DNA of 15,455 bases, taken from the NCBI GenBank assembly GCA_039586365.1, contig JBDHKN010000106.1:1-15455 (forward strand), written 5' to 3'. The notes under the pieces were generated by a model. That model did no database searches and was not told where the DNA came from. It saw only the letters and a program-made list of their open reading frames with translations. Positions 8,678 to 15,455 of the stretch are shown here, in pieces (position 1 is the first letter of the stretch; each line of letters begins with the position of its first letter). Source of the stretch: Gemmatimonadota bacterium. Its GTDB lineage: Bacteria > Gemmatimonadota > Gemmatimonadetes > Gemmatimonadales > GWC2-71-9. A program made the translations under genes and the position numbers.

Positions 8678-8936
8678 ATAGCCAGGCGACGCTATCGGCG
8701 AAGACCAGCCGAGCCAAGACTCTAAGTCGCGAATAACGAGAGGACAGGTAGGGTTCGTACTGCGAGAGTAGGCTGTGGCCTGCGGGATGGCGGCTCCCGG
8801 GTGGCTCGTCACTTCAGAAGCTAGTTGACCGTGATCCCAGTCACACCACCGGTGGCGCAGGGGGCCCATCTTGCGGGGGCCCGCGCGACACTGAAATTTG
8901 AGACAATACGCCTTCCCACTCGTACAGGAGGTGGGT

Positions 8937-10736
8937 ATGCAAACTCGCCGTTCCATCCGGCGCACCTCTGCGCTCGTCGCTCTCACCCTCGCCGCGACCC
9001 TCTGGCAGGGCTGTTCTGATCAGGTTTTCGACCCGCTGGAGGGCCCCGCACTGCGCCAGACCGGCGCGCAGGGCGACGCGGCCATCCGCCAGGCCATCGC
9101 CGTTCAGCAACGCCACAGCGAGCGTCTGATCAGCCTTCCCGGCGTGGTGGGCACCGCCGTGGGACTCAACCCGGCGGGTAGGCCAGTGGTACAGATCTTC
9201 GTTACGACGCCCGACATCAGCGGCCTGCCCGAAGTGCTCGAGAGCATTCCCGTCCAGCGCAAGGTCACGGGGCTGTTCCTCGCCGGCAGCAATCCGACCA
9301 CACGTGAGCGCCCAGCGCCACTCGGCTATTCGGTCGGCCATCCGGCCATCACCGCCGGTACCATCGGTGCGCGGGTGAAGGACGCTATCGGGAACGTCTA
9401 CATCCTGAGCAACAACCACGTCCTGGCCAACAGCAACGACGGCCAGCTCGGCGATCCGATCTACCAGCCGGGACCCTATGATGGCGGCACGCCCGCCGAT
9501 CAGATCGCGGCCCTCTCGGCGTTCGAGCCGATCGACTTCTCGCTGGGCGGCGCGAACACCATTGACGCGGCCATCGCGCAATCCACCACGGCGGAGCTGG
9601 GCAACAGCACGCCTACGGACGACGGGTACGGCACGCCCAGTTCCGAGATGTTCGGCGACACTAACGGCGACGGCTGGTTCGACGACGTCGCGGCGCTGCT
9701 CGGCCTGGACGTGCAGAAGTACGGCCGCACCACCGAGCTCACCTCCGGGCTGATCACCGGGATCAACGCGACGGTGGAGATCTGCTACGAGGTTCTGTAC
9801 ATCTTCTGCATCAAGTCTGCCATCTTCGTGGACCAGCTCATCATCGAGCCTGGCCAGTTCAGCGGCGGCGGCGACTCGGGCTCGCTCATAGTGACCGACG
9901 ACGATGGCAAGAACGCCGTGGCTCTGCTGTTCGCGGGCAGCTCGACGCAGACGATCGCGAACCGCATCGACCGCGTGCTACTCCAGTTCGGAGTCTCGAT
10001 CGACGGCGAGCAGTCCATCCCTCCGCCACCGCCAGATCCGGTGACCGACGTGGCCGTCACGACCGTCGTAGCTCCTGCCACGGTCACCCAGGGTAGCACA
10101 GCGGGCGTCGACGTGACGGTGCGGAACGTCGGGAATCAGGACGTGACCACCGCATTCGACGTCACGCTGGTGGATGCAACCGACGGTGTTACGATCGGGA
10201 CGGAGACGGTGGACGCCCTCATCGCCGGCTCCGACACCACCCTCACGTTCGTGTGGAACGCCGCGGGGGCGTCGCTCGGCGCGCACACGCTGACCGGGAG
10301 CCACGATCTGGCCACCCGCGTGCCCGATGAAGCCGACGCCACGAACGACGAGCGGTCGACGACGTCCGCGGTGACCGACCCCGCGGCGCTCGACCACATC
10401 CACGTTGGCGACTTGGACGGCGTCACGTTCAAGAGCGGGAAGACCTGGTCGGCGACCGTCGAGATCACCGTCCACGACGCCAACGATGACCCGATAAACG
10501 GCGCAACCGTGACCGGGGTGTGGGATCCCGCCGGCCTCGCCTCGGACGAATGCACCACGGGTGAGTTGGGCGGCAACGGCACTTGCATCGTGTTGTACCC
10601 GTCGATTACCAGGAAGCAGGGTGCGGTGACCTTCACCGTCACGGGCGTCACGATGCCGGAGAAGACGTACGACGCTGCCGCTAATCACGACCCGGACGGC
10701 GACAGCAACGGCACCTCCATCACGGTGAAGAAGTAA
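8937..10736 (+). CDS. Lipoprotein trypsin-like (clan PA, NAL1-like) serine protease with N-terminal pro-like domain, CARDB domain and C-terminal Ig-like domain
   Basis: AGGAGG RBS before ATG 8937 and a lipobox-like WQGC. Catalytic triad motifs LSNNHVL, DAAIA and GDSGS. A PPPPP linker precedes a CARDB-like segment (DVAVT..VTVRNVGNQ..DATND) and a C-terminal beta domain (HVGDLDG..WSATVEITVHD..GATVTG.W). Confidence 0.85.
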   Translation: MQTRRSIRRTSALVALTLAATLWQGCSDQVFDPLEGPALRQTGAQGDAAIRQAIAVQQRHSERLISLPGVVGTAVGLNPAGRPVVQIFVTTPDISGLPEVLESIPVQRKVTGLFLAGSNPTTRERPAPLGYSVGHPAITAGTIGARVKDAIGNVYILSNNHVLANSNDGQLGDPIYQPGPYDGGTPADQIAALSAFEPIDFSLGGANTIDAAIAQSTTAELGNSTPTDDGYGTPSSEMFGDTNGDGWFDDVAALLGLDVQKYGRTTELTSGLITGINATVEICYEVLYIFCIKSAIFVDQLIIEPGQFSGGGDSGSLIVTDDDGKNAVALLFAGSSTQTIANRIDRVLLQFGVSIDGEQSIPPPPPDPVTDVAVTTVVAPATVTQGSTAGVDVTVRNVGNQDVTTAFDVTLVDATDGVTIGTETVDALIAGSDTTLTFVWNAAGASLGAHTLTGSHDLATRVPDEADATNDERSTTSAVTDPAALDHIHVGDLDGVTFKSGKTWSATVEITVHDANDDPINGATVTGVWDPAGLASDECTTGELGGNGTCIVLYPSITRKQGAVTFTVTGVTMPEKTYDAAANHDPDGDSNGTSITVKK

Positions 10737-10759
10737 TCGCCGGATTCCAGCGTCGTCGG

Positions 10760-11107
10760 TTGCCCCCCGGCCTGCCCGGGGGGAGCCGATCGACCCGGCA
10801 AGCGCTTCGGGCGCCGCCCGTCGCAGTGCTGCTCACCTGTGTGACCGTTGGCTGCGCCCAGCCGGCGCCAGATGGGAGGGAGTCCACCATGGCATCGCAG
10901 TCGATCCAGGAGGTACTGGCAGCACACACGGATTCGCTGCTGGCGCTGCCGGGAGTCGTGGGAACGGCTATCGGACGGTGCGGCGATGCGTTGTGCATCC
11001 GGGTGTTCGTAGCGGAGTCGAGCGAGGCCACTCGCCAGCCGATCCCCGACAGCCTCGAGGGGTACCCCGTACGGGTGGAGGTTTCTGGGAGGTTTCGCCC
11101 GCGCTGA
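10760..11107 (+). CDS. Stand-alone homolog of the protease N-terminal (pro-like) domain, possibly a lipoprotein
   Basis: IQEVLAAHTDSLLALPGVVGTAIG..IRVFV..IPDSLEGYPVRVEVSGRF aligns with protease QAIAVQQRHSERLISLPGVVGTAVG..VQIFV..LPEVLESIPVQRKVTGLF. Start uncertain: TTG 10760 gives a hydrophobic stretch plus TVGC lipobox, while ATG 10889 follows GGGAGGGAG. Confidence 0.8.
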   Translation: MPPGLPGGSRSTRQALRAPPVAVLLTCVTVGCAQPAPDGRESTMASQSIQEVLAAHTDSLLALPGVVGTAIGRCGDALCIRVFVAESSEATRQPIPDSLEGYPVRVEVSGRFRPR

Positions 11108-11255
11108 GCAAGGCACACTAAGTTCTCCGCTGCCGAGTGCCGTTGTGGCAAACGAGCACAACTACCTGATCAGCCCCGCCCATCCGCGATTCGGTGAGAT
11201 CAACATAGGTGCGGCCGAGCTGTTCGCGTTCAACAGTCGGTTGTTCAAGCAGTGA
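11103..11255 (+). pseudogene. C-terminal remnant of a RES-domain toxin (Xre-RES / MbcT-ParT-like)
   Basis: Not in the ORF track. 11130-11255 reads LPSAVVANEHNYLISPAHPRFGEINIGAAELFAFNSRLFKQ*, matching the RES C-terminal pattern PSA...E.NYL.NP.HP.F..I.......F..D.RL. No start codon or N-terminal half is present. Confidence 0.8.
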
Positions 11256-11323
11256 GGTGCCGCGGGACGCGCGACGGCCAGCCTGCCCCACCAGCACACC
11301 CGTATGTACCCCTTACCGGGTGG

Positions 11324-11980
11324 CTACCTCGAACCGCCCCCAAACACGTAGCCGAACCCCAGCGTCAGCTGGGGACCACTGTAGTTATCACTGCCGCCGA
11401 TCGGTCGCTCGAAGTCAGCCATCAGATCGTACGCCAGGAGCACGGACAGCAAGAAGTGGTTCCCCAGCAGGAAGTCGATGCCGGCACCGGCCTCACCGCC
11501 GACGGCCGGTTCGGTCCTCTGTTCCACTGAGACGGTGGCCCCGGTCTCGGTCCGCGCCTGACTGCCTACGAAAGCTCCGACATTTCCTGCTACAAAAGGC
11601 CTTACCGTTGAGCCGTACGTCGAGCTGGGAAAATAGTACTTGAGTCCGATTAACAGCGGCGAAACCACGGCGAACTCTGTGGTGACCCCCGCACTGCCGA
11701 CCTCGGTGTCGACACTGCCGGCCATTGCACCGATGCTGATCTTGAACGCCAGATTTTCTTGCAGCCAATGTCCGTAGGCCAACCCCCCGATGAACCCAGT
11801 GGCTGCAACCGACGTGGCAACACCAGCCGCCCCGACTTCGGTCCTGGTGTCCGTCACCTGAGTCCAAGCGCCCAGCCGCAACTCGATCTGGTGACGCTTC
11901 TCCAACGACTGGGCCCCCGTAGCAACGGCTGTCGCGACGAGCAGAATCGGGAACGCCGCCAGAGTTCTCGCATGTCTCAT
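11324..11980 (-). CDS. Outer-membrane beta-barrel protein (8-stranded OmpW/OmpA-TM-like) with signal peptide
   Basis: AGGAGG lies 8 nt before ATG 11980. Signal peptide MRHARTLAAFPILLVATAVATGA. Amphipathic strands (IGLKYYF, RPFVAG, GAGIDF) and terminal strand LTLGFGYVF. Confidence 0.8.
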   Translation of the reverse strand: MRHARTLAAFPILLVATAVATGAQSLEKRHQIELRLGAWTQVTDTRTEVGAAGVATSVAATGFIGGLAYGHWLQENLAFKISIGAMAGSVDTEVGSAGVTTEFAVVSPLLIGLKYYFPSSTYGSTVRPFVAGNVGAFVGSQARTETGATVSVEQRTEPAVGGEAGAGIDFLLGNHFLLSVLLAYDLMADFERPIGGSDNYSGPQLTLGFGYVFGGGSR

Positions 11981-12275
11981 CGGTGACACCTCCTATTACA
12001 GTACGCTCCGGCAGGGACGAGATCGCACCTCGCAGAATCCAGGGCCAAAGCGGTGTCCTCGTGGCGTGGGAATCTATAGCTGTGAATCGACATATTACAT
12101 ATACATACGATAACTACTTATAAGTGACTTCGGAAGCGGACGTTCCGGGCGGCGAGCGAGGCCTTTGCACCCGCGGCCTCAGCACGATCCTGTCCCCCTC
12201 GGCCCGGCGCGTGCCGCGCAGTATGTTTTCCGCACAGCAATTGTCGGACGGGAACCCTTACGTGGAGGTAGGGCC

Positions 12276-13052
12276 ATGTCTGCGACCGGAAGGAAGCGAG
12301 TGGGCCTCGTGGGATGCGGGACCATCGGTAAGTGTATCGTCGAGCGGATCCGAGAAGATGACCTGGCCGACATCGGGTTCCTCTGCGACCTGGAAGAAGA
12401 GAAAGCCCGCAGCCTGGCTCCCGGGGCGGCAGTCTGCTCCGACCTCGGCCAGGTTTCCGGCTGGGACGTGGATCTGGTCATCGAGGCGGCCAACGCCGAG
12501 GCTATGCGCCGCATCGCGCTGGAAGTCTTGGCCAAGACCGATTTCCTGCCCTTCACCGTGACCGCCCTGGCCGACGACGAGTTCCGGGACCAGGTGCGCT
12601 CCCGCTGCCGCCAGGCCGGCACCCGGCTTCTCATCCCCCACGGTGGCGTTTTGGGGCTGGACGGTATCTTCGATGGGCGCTCCGTCATCCGGGAGGTGAC
12701 CTTCAAGACCACCAAACACCCCCGCAACCTGGGACTGGAGCCCGATCTAGTGGGGGTAGTCTACGACGGCCCCACCCGGGGAGCCTGTCAACAGTTCCCC
12801 CGGAATGTCAACGTGCATGCGGCCGTCGCACTCATGGGGGTGGGTTTCGACCGGCAGCACAGCATCGTGGTGTCGGATCCCGCAACCCGGACCATGCGCC
12901 ACGAGATCACCGTCCTGGGCGACGGCATCGAGTGGCACCTCGACATCGCCAGCGTCCCCGCCGGGACCGTGACGAGCAGTTACACCCCAGAGTCTGCTGC
13001 ATCCACCGTGGCCCGCATCCTGGGTGGCGTCCACGATGTGGTGTTAGCGTGA
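12276..13052 (+). CDS. nadX: L-aspartate dehydrogenase-like protein (NadX/DUF108 family)
   Basis: GGAGG RBS, Rossmann GLVGCGTIG, VIEAA, GGVLGLDG, KHP, FPRNVNV, DP and HEI (catalytic His). The C-terminal region is diverged. Confidence 0.8.
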   Translation: MSATGRKRVGLVGCGTIGKCIVERIREDDLADIGFLCDLEEEKARSLAPGAAVCSDLGQVSGWDVDLVIEAANAEAMRRIALEVLAKTDFLPFTVTALADDEFRDQVRSRCRQAGTRLLIPHGGVLGLDGIFDGRSVIREVTFKTTKHPRNLGLEPDLVGVVYDGPTRGACQQFPRNVNVHAAVALMGVGFDRQHSIVVSDPATRTMRHEITVLGDGIEWHLDIASVPAGTVTSSYTPESAASTVARILGGVHDVVLA

Positions 13053-13102
13053 GGGCAGTCCCCCAAAGCGGCGCCGCCGAGCTAGGCACAATCCTTAGGC
13101 AG

Positions 13103-13141
13103 TCCAGAATGTCAGCCATCTACTAGCCCTGTGGTCTCGAG
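13103..13141 (-). repeat. Kinase start/leader element, copy 3 (highly decayed, promoter part missing)
   Basis: TCCAGAATGTCAGCCAT...CCTGTGGTC versus TCCAGCAGGTCAGCCAT...CCTGTGGTC at 289-324. The minus strand translates as MADILDCLRI. Confidence 0.65.
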
Positions 13142-13212
13142 AACTCCTGGATCGGCCGGGTAACCACCCACCGCGCACTGGCTAGCCTTCCAGACCCACC
13201 TGACGTAGATTT

Positions 13213-13314
13213 TGGTCACAACTGTGAAGCGTCGTAGCCATCCGCTACGTCGAGAGAGCCGGAAGACAATAGTCCTTCGGCTCTCTGCTTATCCCCGGGG
13301 AATCGGGACGGCCA
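13213..13314. ncRNA. Candidate structured RNA or leader (multi-hairpin), family not recognised
   Basis: Hairpins CGTAGC/GCTACG (13233-13249) and AGAGAGCCGGAAGAC-AATA-GTCCTTCGGCTCTCT (13253-13286) are enclosed by AAGC/GCTT. A possible outer stem is TGGTC/GGCCA. TAGCCT-17-TAGATT lies just upstream on the + strand. Confidence 0.3.
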
Positions 13315-13317
13315 GCA

Positions 13318-13349
13318 CAGCAAGCCGGCGGGTTCCGAGCGAACCGTGG
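13318..13349 (+). repeat. Dispersed ~33-bp intergenic repeat, copy B
   Basis: Similar to 6703-6735, with an internal GGTTC/GAACC hairpin. Confidence 0.65.
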
Positions 13350-13352
13350 AAT

Positions 13353-13373
13353 TACGACTGACGATCGACGAGC
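13353..13373 (+). repeat. Short 7-bp tandem array, 3 units
   Basis: TACGACT GACGATC GACGAGC followed by GGGATG, the same flank as the 6526-6581 array (GACGCGC GGGATG). Confidence 0.65.
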
Positions 13374-13528
13374 GGGATGTCGCCGCGGATTTGCACGACT
13401 TGCTCCCCGTTCTGGCCGTACCAAGTACCGCCCGGTACCTTAGCCGAGGCTGCAACAGGAGTGCGCAACGCATTGCCGTGACCTCATGTGGCAGCTGTCC
13501 CGCTACCTGAAACCCGGGAGTTCTCGAG

Positions 13529-14113
13529 ATGCAGATGAATAGTTCATTCACGATAGCAGTGGGAGTGCTGGTCCCGTTACTATCGAGCTGTAGCAGCGAG
13601 CCCGGCGCGTCGGCCGCCGACCAGAGCGCGCCCGCGACCAGCGCCATGGTCCCCCCGGCAGCTCCCGAAGATGTGGCAACGATCGACGCTATCATCGCCG
13701 CTCTCTACGACGTGATCTCCGGCCCCGCAGGTGAGGCTCGCGATTGGGATCGGTTCCGTTCCTTGTTCGCGCTGGAGGCCAGGCTCATCCCCACATCCGC
13801 CGCGACAGACAGCACCAGTGGGAGAGCCCGCTACATGACCGCCGAGCAATACGTGGCAGGGAGTGGCGCCATGATCGAGGAGCGGGGTTTCTTCGAAGGC
13901 GAGATCGGCCGCGTCACCGAACGGTTCGAGAACATCGCCCATGCGTTCTCAACCTACGAATCACGCTGGACGGCGGACGGTGACGTGTTCCAACGCGGCA
14001 TCAACAGTATCCAGCTCATGTGGGACGGTGAACGCTGGTGGGTCACCAATATCATGTGGCGCGGGGTGGACGCAGACGCCAACTTACCCGAGCAGTACCT
14101 GCAGCAACGGTAG
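13529..14113 (+). CDS. Lipoprotein with NTF2/SnoaL-like fold
   Basis: GGGAG RBS, lipobox LSSC and an Ala/Pro linker. Core pattern DVATIDAIIAALYDVISGPAG..RDWDRFRSLF..RGINSIQL..DGERWWV. Confidence 0.8.
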   Translation: MQMNSSFTIAVGVLVPLLSSCSSEPGASAADQSAPATSAMVPPAAPEDVATIDAIIAALYDVISGPAGEARDWDRFRSLFALEARLIPTSAATDSTSGRARYMTAEQYVAGSGAMIEERGFFEGEIGRVTERFENIAHAFSTYESRWTADGDVFQRGINSIQLMWDGERWWVTNIMWRGVDADANLPEQYLQQR

Positions 14114-14122
14114 GGCGGCAGC

Positions 14123-14144
14123 CGAGCCGCAGGGAACCGGCTCG
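14123..14144. terminator. GC hairpin after the lipoprotein gene (possible terminator or RNA stability element)
   Basis: CGAGCCG-CAGGGAAC-CGGCTCG, a 7-bp stem with no U tract. Confidence 0.3.
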
Positions 14145-14155
14145 TCCAAGCGGGG

Positions 14156-14164
14156 TGTTATGAT
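14156..14164 (+). promoter_or_regulatory. Extended -10 element (TG-T-TATGAT)
   Basis: Matches TGnTATAAT with one mismatch, about 40 nt upstream of the GGAGG/TTG start at 14202. Confidence 0.4.
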
Positions 14165-14201
14165 CAGCCCCAATAACACCACCCGCCCTGAGGGAGGTCA
14201 T

Positions 14202-15170
14202 TTGGTCCGCCTGGCAGTTCGTTACGTGGCAGCGCTCGCGCTGTTGGCCCAGTCACCGGTGGCGCTGGCCCAGGCTACGCAGCCCACGGTCGTGCACCTG
14301 CCTCTGGTGGGCTCGGTCGAGCACGGCCTCAACCAGCAGATCTCACACGCGCTGGACGCCGCCAGATCGAGCGGTGCCAACGCCGTCATTCTCGACCTCG
14401 ATCTCGACGGCGGAGAGTTCGCCGCCGCGCAACTCGCCATCGACCCGCTGCTCGATAGCCCGGTGCCTGTATATGCTCTAATCCGCGAAAAGGCCTGGCT
14501 GGCGGGAGCACTGATCGCGCTGGCGGCCGACTCCATTTTCATGGCTCCGGGCTCCTCCATCGGGGCGGGTCCGAGCCCGGCTGAAACAGACCTGTCCGCG
14601 TCCGCCGTGCGGCAACTCGCCAGTGAATTCCGCATTGTGGCAACCAGCCGGGGGCGGGACAACCAACTCGCCGCAGCGATGGTCGATCCCGCGATCGCTA
14701 TCGAGGGCGTGGTAGCTGCTGGCGAGTGGCTCACCCTGTCGACTCCAGCTGCGATTAGCAGGGGCATAGCCGCTGGACGGGCGCGCAACCTCGACCAACT
14801 ACTGGAGATAGTGGGTCTGGCCGGCGCGGAGATCGTACCGTTTGCAGCCGAGGCCGCGGCGGCTTACGCGGGCACGACGGTAACGGTCTCGAATCAGAAT
14901 TGGCGGGACATTCGGGTCTATCTGCTGCATGGGTCGCAGGGGAGCATGCGCACGCGACTGGGGACCGTCACCAGCATGAACTCGACCGAATACGAGATCC
15001 CGCCGCAGTTGTCAGTCCCCGGATCGAGAATCCAAGTGCTGGCGGAGGTGATCGGATCGTCAGAGCGCGCCGTGACCGAACAGGTAACCGTTCAGCCAGG
15101 GTTGGTTATCGAATGGATCATCGCCAACGTCATCAGCCAGTCCAACTACTTCATCTTCATCCGCAACTGA
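14202..15170 (+). CDS. Secreted NfeD N-terminal (ClpP/crotonase-like) domain, apparently inactive, fused to a small C-terminal beta-sandwich domain
   Basis: Signal peptide (..PVALAQ). NfeD-like segments VILDLDLDGG, AWLAGALIALAADSIFMAPGSSIGA, RGRD..LAAAMVD and LTLST..A...GIA. The NfeD membrane and OB domains are absent. C-terminal domain VTVSNQNWRDIRVY..RLGTV. Start is TTG 14202 after GGGAGG (alternative ATG 14160). Confidence 0.78.
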   Translation: MVRLAVRYVAALALLAQSPVALAQATQPTVVHLPLVGSVEHGLNQQISHALDAARSSGANAVILDLDLDGGEFAAAQLAIDPLLDSPVPVYALIREKAWLAGALIALAADSIFMAPGSSIGAGPSPAETDLSASAVRQLASEFRIVATSRGRDNQLAAAMVDPAIAIEGVVAAGEWLTLSTPAAISRGIAAGRARNLDQLLEIVGLAGAEIVPFAAEAAAAYAGTTVTVSNQNWRDIRVYLLHGSQGSMRTRLGTVTSMNSTEYEIPPQLSVPGSRIQVLAEVIGSSERAVTEQVTVQPGLVIEWIIANVISQSNYFIFIRN

Positions 15171-15194
15171 GCCCCAGCCCGACCGGGCAAGCCA

Positions 15195-15455
15195 CTACGG
15201 GATCCGGCGGCCTCGCTTGGTCTTGATGACGACGACGCCGTTGGAACCCTTGGAGCCGTACAATGTCGTAGCGGCCGCGCCCTTTAGGATTTCGATACTC
15301 TCAACGTCATTCGGATTCAGATCCGCTATGCGGTTGGGGATGAAATCTTCGCCCCCAGTGACGGTGGACGTACTCACCGGAACCACCGCGTTGCTCAAGA
15401 CAACGCCGTCCAGCACATAGAGCGGCTGAACCGATCCGAGGATCGACGTCACGCC
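15195..15455 (-). CDS. 3' end of a SusC/RagA-type TonB-dependent receptor plug-domain protein, ending right after the plug
   Basis: [48 protein letters not shown], then a stop four residues later. Confidence 0.88.
   Translation of the reverse strand, partial: GVTSILGSVQPLYVLDGVVLSNAVVPVSTSTVTGGEDFIPNRIADLNPNDVESIEILKGAAATTLYGSKGSNGVVVIKTKRGRRIP

Noticed and set aside
13941..14159. N-terminal extension of ORF 13941..15170
   Set aside because: It overlaps the lipoprotein gene out of frame. The signal peptide and RBS point to a start near 14202.

Overview
GC-rich bacterial window, probably from a Gemmatimonadota genome. This is inferred from the 'MADLLERL..ALADRY.IERELG.GGMATVYLA' kinase N-terminus and other proteins typical of that lineage. 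It is a patchwork accessory region. Minus strand, left part: a Hanks-type Ser/Thr kinase (5' end), a signal-peptide MBL-fold hydrolase, a CxxC/CxxC membrane protein, a vapBC-type TA pair with a leaderless promoter, a ComD/ComE-like ThDP decarboxylase pair overlapping a CX5R phosphatase-ADP-ribosylglycohydrolase fusion, and an ABC-2 exporter. Right part: a lipoprotein trypsin-like protease followed by a free-standing copy of its own N-terminal domain, a RES-toxin remnant missing from the ORF track, an outer-membrane barrel, a NadX-like dehydrogenase, an NTF2-like lipoprotein, an apparently inactive NfeD/ClpP-like fusion protein and a SusC-plug-only gene end. The intergenic DNA holds three copies of a kinase start/leader element (two decayed), three GACGA(T/C)T heptamer arrays, a second dispersed ~33-bp repeat and a multi-hairpin candidate RNA. 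All calls come from motif recognition by eye; no database searches were run.
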